Positions 39,304 through 52,289 of a DNA stretch of 64,000 nucleotides are shown here, in pieces (the first letter of the stretch is position 1; the number at the start of each line of letters is the position of its first letter). The stretch lies in the NCBI GenBank assembly GCA_013265495.1, contig MU058221.1, positions 744,001-808,000 of the forward strand. Reading direction: 5' to 3'. Made by a program: the position numbers and the translations under genes. The notes under the pieces were generated by a model, which saw only the letters and a list, made by a program, of their open reading frames with translations, was not told the DNA's origin and searched no databases. The DNA is from Vicugna vicugna (lineage: Eukaryota).

Positions 39304-39903
39304 TGAGACAGGAGGGGGGCAGGGCACAGCCATTCAGGGATTGCTACAGCAATTAGCATCAAAACAGTGGAAGACTCAGCCCCCAGGAGGCCCTGAGGTT
39401 CAAGATGGTGGGAGATTTAACTTCTAGGAGAACTTGAGCTTCATTACACGCTCACTGTAACCTGTTAGCACGGTGAATAACACGCCCACAGGCACCAGGG
39501 CAGCCCCAAGGCTGGTCACCAAAGGTCAAAGAGGGGGAAATGGCCAACTTCCTGGGGACCCCAGCCCCTTCCCCAGGCTGGTTAGACGGGTCCTTCCACT
39601 TATAAGTGTATGAAGCTACGAAGCCCATAAAAACTGGCAACAGGGCGCCTCACGGCCTCTGCCCTCCTCTCTCCCTCTTTGGAGATGCCCGCACTCTGTC
39701 TGTGGAGTGTATACCTGCCTTACTCAAATCTGAGCACCCAATCCCCACACTTTGTTGCCTTTCTCTCACCTTTCAATGTGTCTCTGAATAAATCTACCTT
39801 CCCTCAACTGTGGCTCGCACATGAATTCTTTCCTGCGCCAGGGGCTCCACCAAAGCCTGGGACGCGTCCCTCCTCGCGCCCCACATCCGTGTTTCCTGCA
39901 TCC
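39304..39903 (+). mobile_element. ERV1-type solo LTR (family C)
   Basis: TGAGACAGG start, cccataaaaac TATA-like motif, AATAAA near 39788, U5-like tgaattctttcctgcg, end cctgcatcc; flanks aagg/aacg. Confidence 0.85.
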
Positions 39904-40467
39904 AACGTATGTTTGTGTTTTCAGGAATTGCTGTTTGGGGAGCAATCTGGGTTACTACTGACAACTTGGACCCTGGGGCCATTTCTGTCTCCAAAATGGG
40001 CATATTGATTGAATAAACAATAAGATTTTTGTCTGTTCAGTTCTGTTTGACATAGAAACATCTCAATTTTTAAAACCTCTGAGGTGAGTCTTTGTTTAAT
40101 ATGAAGTACCACACATTATTAATCTTTTTGCCATTCTTCACACATCTCAAAATAGCGTTCCTTCATCCTTCCTCTTGGCCACTCACTCCCAGTTAATTTA
40201 TTTTTTAATCCCTCAGGGCAAATTCATGAAAAACGCTAGAAGGAGTTATTGTCTGAGTGTAATATTAAGAAGGGTTTTGCTTCTTTATCAGTTGAGTGTG
40301 CTCACTTAATTTTTTAATGCTTTGTAAGCAACCTTAAATATTTTATGCACTAAACCGAGGTGAAAATTAATGAACATGTATATACCAGACTGGGAGGAGA
40401 GTCTACGTGATTCATTAGCCATGGGGAATCGATAAAAATTGCAGCCTGCACAAGTGTGGACACTAAT

Positions 40468-41731
40468 TTTTTTTCTGTATTTTATTTTATTTTTCTTAAC
40501 ATTTTTATTGAGTTATAGTCATTTTACAATGTTGTGTCAAATTCCACTGTTGAGCACAATTTTTCAATTATACATGAACATACATATATTCATTGTCACA
40601 TTCCTTTCTTTGTGAGCTAGCACAAGATCTTGTGTATATTTCCCTGTGCTATACAGTATAATATTGTTTATCTATTCTACAGTTTTGAAATCCCAGTCTA
40701 TCTCTTCCCACCCCCCCATCCCCTTGGCAACCACAAGTCTGTATTCTATGTCTATGAGTCTATTTCTGTTTTGTATTTACACTTTGGTTTTTTTGTTTGT
40801 TTGTTTTTGTTTTTTAGATTCCACATATGAGCGATCTCATATGGTATTTTTCCTTCTCTTTCTGGCTTACTTCACTTAGAATGACATTCTCCAGGAGCAT
40901 CCATGTTGCTGCAAATGGTGTTATATTGTTGGTTTTTATGGCTGCATAGTATTCCATTGTATAAATATACCACATCTTCTTTATCTAGTCATCTGTCAAT
41001 GGATATCTAGGCTGTTTCCATGTCTTGGCTATTGTAAATAGTGCTGCTATGAACATTTGGGTGCAGGTGTCTTTTTGAAGTATGGTTCCCGCAGGAGCGG
41101 GATTCCTGGGTCACGTGGTAAGTCTATTCCTAGTCTTTTTTTTTTTTGTACTTTATTTTTTTATTTTTTAATGATTTATAATCGTTTTACAATGTTGTGT
41201 CAAATTCCAGTGTTCAGCACAATTTTTCAGTCATACATGGACATATACACACTCATTGTCACATTTTTTTCTCTGTGAGCGACCATAACATTTTGTGTAT
41301 ATTTCCCTGTGCTATACAGTATAATCTTGTTTATCTATTCTACAGTTTTGAAATCCCAGTCTATCCCTTCCCACCCTCCGCCCCCCTGGCAACCACAAGT
41401 CTGTATTCTCTGTCTATGAGTCTATTTCTGTCCTGTATTTATGCTTTGTTTTTGTTTGTTTTGTTTCTGTTGTTTTTTAGATTCCACATATGAGCGATCT
41501 CATATGGTATTTTTCCTTCTCTTTCTGGCTTACTTCACTTAGAATGACATTCTCCAGGAGCATCCATGTTGCTGCAAATGGTGTTATATTGTTGGTTTTT
41601 ATGGCTGCATAGTATTCCATTGTATAAATATACCACATCTTCTTTATCCAGTCCTCTGTTGATGGACATTTAGGCTGTCTCCATGTCTTGGCTATTGCAA
41701 ATAGTGCTGCTATGAACACTGGGGTGCAGGT
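40468..41731 (-). mobile_element. Two tandem young L1 3' fragments (~40468-41135 and ~41136-41731) within one TSD
   Basis: Each has the ORF2 C-terminus, 3' UTR and an A-rich tail; the minus ORF 41477-41719 reads MFIAALFAIAKTWRQPKCPS; exact 14-bp TSD gtgtggacactaat at 40454-40467 and 41732-41745. Confidence 0.95.
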
Positions 41732-42243
41732 GTGTGGACACTAATATTATCGGAAGCAGTAATATCTTTCCCAGTCACCATACAGTATTTATTCCAGAGA
41801 GGTGGACGTGCATTTGGCAATTTTCCTGGGGTGCCTGAATTCACCCCCAAAAACGTCTCCTTGCTTTCAAAGTTCAAACTCTAGGATTGCCATCTAAGTG
41901 CCTTCCCAACCTGACCCCACCTGTAATTCCAGGTGCCTTTCTGCTTGCCTTTCCAGCAGTTTCAGGATTCTCTTTTAATGCTCTCGTCATACCTAATTAC
42001 GTGTAGTTGTTGGAATTTGTGTTCTGCCCCACGAAAGGCCTGTGGCCCCTGAGTGCCTAGTGACCAGCCAGCCCCGGGAGCTCTGTCTCAGCTTAAGACA
42101 GCTCCAGGCAGGAGCACCCCGTGGCTGGGGCGTGCCGCGCTCTACGCTCCCACAGCCCACAGGTAAGCCTGCACTCTGTCTCACTGAGCAACGTAGGGCG
42201 GCGCCCTATTCAGCAGTGAGGTCTGAAAAGGAAAACGAACAAT

Positions 42244-43075
42244 GCGGAGGGTAGAGCTCAGTGGTAGAGTGCGTGCCTAGCATGCCCGAGGTCCTGGGTT
42301 CAATCCCCAGCACCCCCATTAAAATAATAAATAAACAGCAATCCCAGTCCTGGGCCTTTGTCTGGAGGGAACTTCACTTTGAAAAGACACATGCACCCCA
42401 CTGTTCACAGCAGCTCCATATAGAATAGCCAAGACATGGAAGAACCTGAATGCCCACAGACAGACGGCTGGATAAAGAAGCTGTGCTATATTTATACTAT
42501 GGAATACTACTCAGTGATTTAAAAAAAAAGAATAAAATAATGCCATTTGCAGCAACATGGATGGACCTGGAGACCATCATTCTAAGTGAAGTAAGCCAGA
42601 AAGAGAAAGAAAAAAAACATATAATATCGCTTACATGTGGAATCTAAAAAAAAAAAGAGGACACTGATGAACTCATATATAAAACAGAAACTGATTCGCA
42701 AACATAGTAAACGATCTTATGGTTACGAGAGGAAAGGGAACGGGAAGGGATAAATTTGGATTTTGAGATTTGCAAATGTTAATCACTATCTATAAAAATA
42801 GATAAAAACAAATTTCTTCTGTATAGTTCAGGAAACTATATTCAACATCTTGTAATAACCTTTAATGAGAAAGAATATAAAAGCAAATTTATGTATGTAT
42901 GTGCATGATGGGGACATTGTGCCATACACCAGAAATTGACACATGGTAACTAACTGTACTTCAATTAAAAAAAAAGAAAAAAACCTTCACAGGGAAGTTG
43001 GGGAAACATTAGCTTAAAATCAATCAATATCAATCAATCAATCAAATTACCCCTCCTCCCCCCCAAAATGAATAA
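42244..43075 (+). mobile_element. vic-1-type SINE (head 42244-42335, tail ~43013-43075) split by an L1
   Basis: tRNA-like head with A/B boxes; the aattacccctcctcccccc tail block of the intact copy at 28909 appears only after the L1. Confidence 0.8.
42336..42983 (+). mobile_element. 5'-truncated lineage L1 (ORF2 end, 3' UTR, A tail)
   Basis: cagcaatcccagtcctggg...ORF reading IMPFAATWMDLETIILSEVSQKEK...actgtacttcaattaaaaaaaaa. Confidence 0.93.
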
Positions 43076-44069
43076 ACAACACAACGGAACTGAATCACAG
43101 ATAAGGAGGACAACAGGTGGTTGACAGAGGGGGATGGAATAGAGTCACTTAACTTTTAATATCTTACATGTTAAAAAAAGGTTAAGAATTTTCTATTTGA
43201 AATCAATGTATTAAAAAGTTTATCAAATATTCAGGTTAAATTTTTTCTTCTCTGACCAAGCAAGGGCTCTCTAAACCATTTAGACTGAGGTCTTTCAAAT
43301 TTATTTGAATCTGGGAAATTTTTGTGGCATCATCACTGCACTATTTCTTCCTTTTTTAATTTTCTCTTTAAGATACCCGTACAATTTGGATACTTTTACT
43401 TCTATACTCTATGCTTCTTAAATTTCCTTTTGTTTTCTAGATCTCTCTACTCCCTCTCAACATCTTCTCTGAAATTTACCCCAATGTGATCATCCAGCTC
43501 ACAAAGTCATTTTCAGCTATTTCCAGCCCACATTTTTCCTCTTCTGTTCTGTTTCATTTCATTAGCTTTCTATTTGGCAATATCTTTCTTCTCATTAAAT
43601 ACACTTACTATTATTTTAAACTAGTCATTCACTGCTTCAGTAACTGTTCTCAGATGACATGTATTGTTCAGTTTCTGTTTTTCTTTCAAAGGACCTCTGT
43701 TCTCCTGTTAGCTTGCATTTTGGCCTCAGAGCTACGCTTCTCCTGGAGACAGAAGCTCTTCTCTTTTTGGTGGTATTTATGGGGAAATGACTAATGACTT
43801 ACTTTATTCATTTCATGCAAAATGTTTAACATACATATGTTCTATTGAGAAAAAATAAATTATAACATATTTCTCTTGGTAGCTTTAATTTTCTGAACTG
43901 GTAAATATCTTCATAAAAATATCTACTAAAAAAAAAAATCAGAGTACGTGTGCCAGGCCTAATGCTAAAGATTTAATCTAGAATGTCAACTAGGCTTGTA
44001 GCTAATGGCAACAGTGAAATAGCTGACTAGTACTGACATAAATGAGTAAGAAAATGTTTGTTTAACACA

Positions 44070-44335
44070 TAAATTCTGGAGCCAGGCTGTTTGGACCTTG
44101 TACCAGCTGCAAAATGTCAGAAAGGGACAAAAAATGTCAAAAAGGGACACGGTTCCTTCATATTCTTATTCCAATTTAGCTTTTGACTTTCACCCATAAG
44201 ATAATAAGATAATTATTATGTCCTTCTATTAATTAAAACCATTTTTGATATTCTACATAAAAACATATGGAGTAGGGCAAGGGGTAAAGTGCCGCACAAG
44301 GTGCCAGGCAAGTTTGGGCATTCTATAAACGTTCC
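44070..44335 (+). mobile_element. Degenerate MIR SINE
   Basis: attctggagccaggctgtttgg at the start and gtaaagtgccgcacaaggtgccaggca at the end. Confidence 0.5.
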
Positions 44336-44754
44336 TGGCAGCTTTACCCAAATCCTTCTCTCTTACGGCATCAAGTCACAAAAGACACTTGGGGTTTCCA
44401 GACAGCAAGGGAGCAGCCCCACTTCTAACACACACGCAAAACCCCACAAAAGGCTGCGGCTCTGGAAGGCTCCATGCACATCCCCTCACTGGATTAGCTT
44501 ATAAACTTGGTGAAGTGTGTTGGCAGCACCTACACTGGAACTCTGGAGTTTTGAGTGTTAGAACATAATTGTTTCCCATTATTTCCTGATCTTGTAGAGA
44601 AAAGCATCAGAAAGAACATCTTAAAAATTAAGCTTTTGTTGTCCATGGGTCCAGGAAGCAAAGACTGGAAGGAGGAGAGAGTAACCTACCAGGAGCCGTG
44701 GGAGGGCTTCCCTCGGATTTCGCTTCGGGAAGCAGGTCTCAGAGTTGCTGAACA

Positions 44755-45020
44755 AGACATGATGACTAACGTGCTGTGCCCTCCTGGATGGGGTGCTGGG
44801 ACCGGAAAAGGGCACGATAGGAAAACGAAGGGAATCTAAATGAAGCGTGAACTTTCGTTAATACTAACGTATCAGCATTGATCTGTGAATGGTAACCAGC
44901 GTACCACACTAACGTAACTTGTTAACAGTAGAGGAACCTGGATGTAGGGTATGTGGGAAGTCTTGGTACTACCTCAACTTTTCTATAAATCTAAAGCTGT
45001 TTTAAAAAGAAGGTGTATTT
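44755..45020 (+). mobile_element. Old L1 3' end (L1MC/MD/ME-like)
   Basis: gtaccacactaacgtaacttgttaacagtagaggaac...caacttttctataaatctaaagctg. Confidence 0.8.
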
Positions 45021-46029
45021 AGGAGAAAAATACACTTCAAAATTTAGGAAGTCACAAAATTAAAATTACATTAAGTGTGTCTTATTTACTTCTAAGGATA
45101 TCAACTTAAATAATTGCCAGCAAAAGTAAAACCTTAAAAGCAATACTGTTTACATATGAATAGCTAACAGTTTCTGTGCGCTTCAGAATCTCATATAAGA
45201 AAATAAACAAACCTGTATCAAGTGGCCATTATATTTTATCATGTGTTGAATATTTTTCTGTTTAAAGCCTTAGCTATTTCTGTGATTATCCACTTTTTTC
45301 TGAACAATGAAATAAAAATTCAACTCTAATAGGTTATTTCTTTAGAACACATCACTAGTTATTTGCAGAATTGGAAACTAAATTATCAGATCACATAACT
45401 TTAAGACCCATATGCTTTTTAAGTATACCATATTGTGTCAAGTGGAAACTTAAGTTTCATATCAAGGCACTTCATTGGTCCCTTTCCTTTTCCAATTATC
45501 ATGGAAATCTCTAGGAAAATATGACATTTTGGAGAAGGAGAATCAAAATGTAAAATCAGGGGAGAAACGTAAAATAAGAAATTGGGAAGTTTTCACAATA
45601 TAGAGCAAAAATGGAACTCAAATGAGAAAAGTGGTGATTATCAAAAGTAATCAGAGCTAACATTTGCTGAGAACTTAATATCTGCCAAATGAACATTAAC
45701 AGGAAAGGAAGGAGAATTTTAAGCTACGTGATTCATCAGATGCGCTATGTGCAAAGCACTGTGACTTGCACACTCTACCCATTAGAAGAAGCAACAGGAA
45801 AGGGTGTTAGTGGGTGAAGCGGAACATTTTTTTCAGAAAGCCGTATAACGGAGAATGAGGAAGTCACTAAAATAATGATATAGGTATCTAGTTATTAGCA
45901 TGAAAATAGTAATATTACTATTGACAAAAATAGAAATAAGTTTACTCTATAAGTCGTATGGATTTTCAAGAGGCATAGAAAAAAAAGAAGAAAGGAAGAA
46001 GAGAACGAATATTTGTGCAGAAGAACATT

Positions 46030-46423
46030 GTGTTGATCTTTCTGGGGCTTAGTCACAGGCACTCACCCTCCTTGTGGACGACGGGAGGAACAGCCTTCGC
46101 CCTCACTCGCAATGCGTCAAGGTCGTGTGACTAACTGGGGCCGGCGCACTTCGGCCGGAGCTTGTAGCTGCGGTCGCGGCCCTGCAGTCCGGCCCTGACT
46201 CCCCTGCGTGGTGCACTCTGACAACTCACCATGAGATGAGATGGTGGTGTCATAGGATGGGGGCACTTCCTCCACCCTGGGGTTCCGGAGTGACTGAGGA
46301 AACAAAGCTTTCCATTGAATCATGCTGAGCATAAGTGTAAGGGAAAAATTAATCTTTGTTGTTTAAGCTCGCAGAGATTTGGTTTTATTAAGGCATCATA
46401 GTCTAGACTAGCCAAGTAATACA
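46030..46423 (+). mobile_element. Old MaLR LTR (MLT1J/K-like)
   Basis: 3' end aattaatctttgttgtttaagctcgcagagatttgg...ctagccaagtaataca. Confidence 0.6.
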
Positions 46424-48839
46424 TGTGTGTGTATACCAGTGCATGTATGTCAGACACATGTGCACACATGTGTATTTATGTCCCTGTGTCAGAAACATCA
46501 AATCTCCCTTTTTCCTGGACGGGAGACACGTATTCTTTTATCATCATTCTCAGTTTTCTGGATTTGTTTGGGGTTTTTTGGGTACATTTTCTAGTTCAGA
46601 TGGCATACACTGTATGTGGAATAAATTATTCAAATAGTAAACAGTGCCTGCTTTGGGCAGAAAAATAAGGAGATAAATGACTCTTGATTATTGGCTTTTA
46701 ACTTATATCAAGAGCCATAATTAAAATCAGTTTATCGAATATAGATCTATTTGATCCCTGTTACAATAAAATTAGAATCTGCCTAACTTTCAGGCATATT
46801 AAAGATGCATGCGTTTGGCAAAGCATGTTTGTATAAACTGAATATGTTAATTTAGCATTTGGGAGAATGATGACAGCGATGTTAGAAAAGAGAAGGGTTA
46901 ATAAATGCAACCTTTTTCTGTTTGACAAGAAGTTGGAGTAACAAAAGCAGACATAAAGCTTAAAGACAGTCTAATATATGTTTTCCGAACCTAACTACAT
47001 GAAATTTATCTTTAGAGCGGACAGGAGAGTGCCCGTCAATGGATGCCAGCGAGGCACTTTTCTTCCCCTACTTGTAACCAGACTCGAGCGGGACCCGAAT
47101 GGCTCCCTGGTGTTTGGGTTTATATGCTTCTCAGAGGCGTCGGATATTGTACTTCACCACAAAGAGCTAAAAACACTGCAATCATTATTGATAAATCTCT
47201 TAGAAAAATGCATTTTCTTAGCAGCAGCTATGGCAACAGGGAACTCAAAATGACACTGGAAAAGAACGGGGCTGGGTCGCAATGGGCAATGCACACAGGA
47301 TTTATATTGTACCACCAACTATATTTTAAAACTGGAAAAATCAACACAAACACTCGCTACATACAGTTATTTTCTGTATTTAAGCCATGTTCCATTTAAG
47401 TAGCATTGCAATGCTGTAATTAAAGTACATTTATTTAATGATCATGAGAGATTCATACACATAAAATGATTCCCAGTGATCAAAATCATCTTATTTCGAG
47501 GATGCAGTCAGTTTTACGTATTTGCAATAATATTAGCATTTCTAGTGTATTGAATGCAGAATCTGGGTGTTTTGAAGGCAGATTCTGCTCCAGGTGTCTT
47601 CCTGTCTTGGAAGATGAGACCAGAAATCAGCACAGAAGAGAGGGGCCTCTGCCTCCCGGCCCTCATCGCGGCTCCAGTAGATGAACACGGGCTCCTCCAG
47701 TGTCCTGGCGTTCTGTCGTTAGTGGCTCTTGCTGGTTCTTTGTTTGTTTTTCATTTCTGCCCGTGGTTTTTTGGGTCTGTCTGTCTACCTGGAGGCTTTC
47801 CTCAAGCACTTGAGCTGCCTATGGGGGCTGCAGAAACCCTTTTTTATCTTTTACTATTAAAAAAGTTCTCCCTTGTATGAGTTTTACATCGTAGTGAATA
47901 AGAAGCACAGACGGTTCGATCTCTTTCGGGCTACTGGAAGCTTGGAAAGGTGTAATGAGACTGAGAATTTGACTCCGAGAGAGCATTCTGATTACTCTGC
48001 ATTCACTGCCTTGCATCGCACATCTGCTGCAGTCAGCGCCGCCTACTCAAGCATAGTGTCAGTGCAGTGAGAGTCGGAGGAGAGAGAAAGGTGCACACGG
48101 GCTTCAGAAGGTTGCTCTCAGGGACTCCACACGCGGGAGCCTGTCGGTGTCTGCTTCTCTCTTCCTGCGTTTTGGGACCCAGGGATTAAGTAAGCCTTTG
48201 TGTTTTGGTTTTGTTTTGTGCACTTATGCCGAGGGGTTCTCACCCTACCAGGCTTGGCTTCAGTCTTCCAGAAACCCTTGGATCCCCTCCCTGAAGGCAG
48301 TCATACCAGGAATCCTCAGATATTTTTTCTTAATAAGAGTCAAGAGAATAGGACTTTAAAAGAAATTAGTAATAATGTAGTGAGAGAAGTTTTCCAATTT
48401 GGTGACTTCCCTGCTCTTAGTTCGTCAGTTCTCAGTTCTCCAAATTATCTGAACTAGCGAAGCCTCGTGGCTACAGCACGGCTGTCGGACTGGCTCAAGG
48501 TCATGCGGCCAGAGGCTCATCCACCCACAAAGAAAACGGGACGCTGCAGCTACGTCTTATGTTAAAGCCTTGCGTGGTTCCCCAAAGCGGGGGAAAAGGT
48601 TGACGCATCTAATTGCACACAGAACCCTTGGGAGCTAAGTATGACGGGTGAGCATGTGATCTGCAAGAAAAACTCAGAAAGAAGAGTGCACATTCCGCCT
48701 TTCAGTAATAATTCAAGATCAACAGCCAGGGGGCTTCGTCAGGCGGCAGGAGTCGCACCCCCTCGTCGTCTCTGTGGACGTACTGCCAAGTGAAGACAGG
48801 CTAATTGAAACAGACAAGTGATTCTAAAAGTTATTTCAT

Positions 48840-48983
48840 TTGAGAACCCCTAAAGGAAATCTTAAAATCAATTCCCACATCTCATTTCCAGACTCAGTAT
48901 CTCACATGGTGAACTCTAAGAACGGGTATTTTCTGAAAATTCTACAGTGATTTTTTATGCAAAGCCAGAGCTGAACATCACTG
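48840..48983 (+). mobile_element. MER5-like MITE remnant
   Basis: cagtgattttttatgcaaagccagagctgaacatcactg resembles the MER5 3' end. Confidence 0.5.
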
Positions 48984-51900
48984 TAATAATTGATAAGCCT
49001 AAATAATGAGCTGAGAATCCATTAGCCAGTCCTTTCCACAGTTTCACATTGTGAGTGTTACAGCTGATTAATTAACTTGCATTCATCAGACAGCATCCTG
49101 CTCCTATCATTCCAGAGGAGAAATAACTTGAATAAAAACAGTGTCATAATATTCATTTTCCAGCAAAAATGGAATTTTGTTGGCACCTTAACTATTATCT
49201 TGCCTCACTGCTACATGTCAGTCTAACTTAATAGTGATAAATACTTGTTATAATTAAGGTCCATGAGAAGCACCTAACATGATTTCTGAAATGCACAGAA
49301 GATGATGCATAAAAACATTTCTATAAACTATTATGCATCAATGTTCATACAATGTGTACAAATGTTTTCTTTTTAATGAAGTAGAGGGAAATTTCCAATC
49401 TGGATGAAGTGCGAATTAAGAAAACAAATGTAGTAACAGGAAAAATAGTAATTACATTTTTAATGTGACCTTCTATGTGGTTGTTTGCAGTAACACAGAC
49501 CAGCTTGGTTGAGAAGAAAGAGGAATGGACCATAGCTCTTCCTGTTTGTCACAATGTATGTAGCTGACAGTTACATGTTCTTCAATACCACCTTATGTGT
49601 GGTGAAAGATAATGAATTTCAACTTTGAACAAATTCACAGATTTCTGAACTAAGCAATAGAATCCTTAAAATTCAGTCTCAGGACTCCAGGGACTGGAAG
49701 ATTGTTTCCTTTTTCATATGGCAGCAGGATATTTGCTACGTTTAGTCATCTACTTCTAAACCTAGCGCAGGAAAAGCGAAAGCCTGTCCAAGTGCAACCG
49801 TCACACTATCCACTGGAAGATACACCGAGTCTCTGAAAGGAGGGCCAGAAATGTAGAGGAATTTATCCTGTATAACTCATTGAAGAGGAACACTTTACTT
49901 CTCAAAGACAACGTGTTGACAGACAGAGAGAGACATAAGAACACATTGTCATCAACGTGAGGACGCGACGTGAGATACTGATGATGTTTTTGTGGTTTGT
50001 TTGAGACCCATGAAGTCTGATAGGGTACATGAAGTGATGACTTCCAGGAACCTTGGGGTTATTTTATATCTAATTTGTAGAAATGATTATTCACAAGTAT
50101 TTTGTTGAATCAAAACTGTCGTCATAGCTAGAAGACTTGTGCTAATCTTTCGGTGAAACTATTTGGTGAAAAATAGAAATATTTTAAACTTTAGTTAGAT
50201 TCCAAGGGTAGTTTTTATATAAAAGGCAAGGACAGAATAGTTCAGTGTGAAGATACTTCAGCATTCCATGCTATGATTATGGCCAAGTTCTATCAAGGAT
50301 TAGATGGGAAATTTGGGGCTAATTTGCATAATATGTGGCTCAATTCTTCAACTGTTATACAGAGTTTGTAATAAATAGCATATGAGGTTAGAGTGAAGAA
50401 TAAATTTTAGTGACTAAGCATGCCATTGAAGACTGTGTCCAGCAGGTAGGAAGTGGTCAGTAATTGACCGTCACTGCTGCTATGTATAGATCAAATGCAA
50501 CATGGATGTGTATTATTTACTGATTAATCACTACTTCGTAAACAAAGATTTGGGAGATATATTTAATGTGCACGTCCACATGTTCACGTTTGTGCTCATC
50601 AATTATCTTCGTCTATTTGATTGGAATATCAGCTCACATTCTGAGGTACCCCGAGTTTTCTATGCCTTCACAATTAAAATAGCAACACACACTAAGTTGA
50701 AAGAAAGATGCAAATCGTAGTAAAAATCCAGTTGCAGTAAATTGAAAAACACTTGAAATTACTCTAAATAGTTTTGTTTTTTTTTTTTTAAAGGACACAA
50801 GATCCTTCACTAGAAGGGTGGCAAGAAATGTAGAGGACATTATCCATTGTCACTACAAAGCATGCCTACTTTAAGGCTAACTGAACTTTTCAGTTGGTCT
50901 AGGGTTAACAGAAAAAAGTACAAACTTACAGAAAAACACACTATTCATTTTTTTAACTGAAGTATGGTTCAGTTTTAACATACTCCGAGACAGACACTTC
51001 ATGAACTTTTTTAAGATCGCTCTTCTGTTTAACTTTACACGTTAGACAGGCTTGTACGAAAATGGACACTTTCTATGCTCCGAAATTGAATAACCATTGA
51101 ATGTTGATAATTCTTACTTTCAAGTTTATACAGCAAGGTAATTAAATTTGAAAAAGTAACACCACAGCAAGAGCAGTAAATTATTGCCAATAAGTTAAGA
51201 AGGTACTACCCGCATAAAATATTATCAGAAAATATTTAGTAAATAGAGATGACCCTTCATGAGATTTTTATCCTGAAATGGTGTATGTGTCAACCTTTTT
51301 TATGTCATTGTGTCACATAGATTAATGAAGTATTAATTACTGCTGACAAAATGTACTGTGACACAAATTACCACAGCAATGCTTTTGTTAGCATAACTTT
51401 ATAAAAATGAGAAGGCTGTTGGTAAAACTATCGCACTGACATCCCCCTGAGATTTGAACTCTAATTGTAGTTATTTTTATTCTGCCCCCTGAGACCCCAA
51501 AGGAATGCAGGAGGCAGCTGGCCATCCACTCGTGGAATGAAATTTCTCCCTGTGCTTGAATTGTCAGGCAGAAGTTTCGCTAATAAAATTTGCAAAGAAA
51601 TAGTTTTCTATTCCCTTCACTTTAAACTTGGTTGTTCTCGGGCCGAGAACGATTCAGACACAGGTGAGGGACGGCCCCCTTTGTGCCAGGGACCTCCCGC
51701 AGGACTCACCCTGTGGCGGGGGAGGCTGAGGAGACACAGGCGAGGAGGAGGAGGAGGGAAGGTGCTGCCTGGCTAGGGGGACTCGCCGGAAATGGGAACC
51801 GGGGAGATCACCGAAAACCCATTTTAGGTGTGGTTTCTAAGTCATCTGGGTGGAAGAAGGGCGCTCGGAGGAAATGGGCTAATTTTCCTTGCATCAGAGG

Positions 51901-52289
51901 AGCAGTAGAGGAGCCGTAGAAATAAAGGCATTCCTTTCTAGTCATGGCTGCGGAGTCACACCAGGGCTGTGCAATTTTCACCAGAAATAATTGAAAAAAA
52001 AAAAAAAAGAGGGGGGTTCCAAATTTAAAGTAGTAAAATACAAAGCTAATATAAAAATGAAGAATTGTGTCAAAACACTGCTGCCTTGCTTGAGCGTGGC
52101 AGAGAGCATTTCTAGCTCTTTTTATTCTAAGAAGTAGCAGGCACAGATCTCTATTTTCAAATGCAAAGTTGTATTATTTTAAATACATGTTTATTTTCAG
52201 TCCCTGAGCATGATCCGATGTCGGCGGGTGTTCTGCGGTGGTTACTTTGTTCTGTTTTTGCAAGTGGCTCCCAAAGGCACTAGTGGCTG

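Noticed and set aside
41477..42647. ORFs matching the L1 ORF2 C-terminus
   Set aside because: Fragments of 5'-truncated L1 copies, not host genes.
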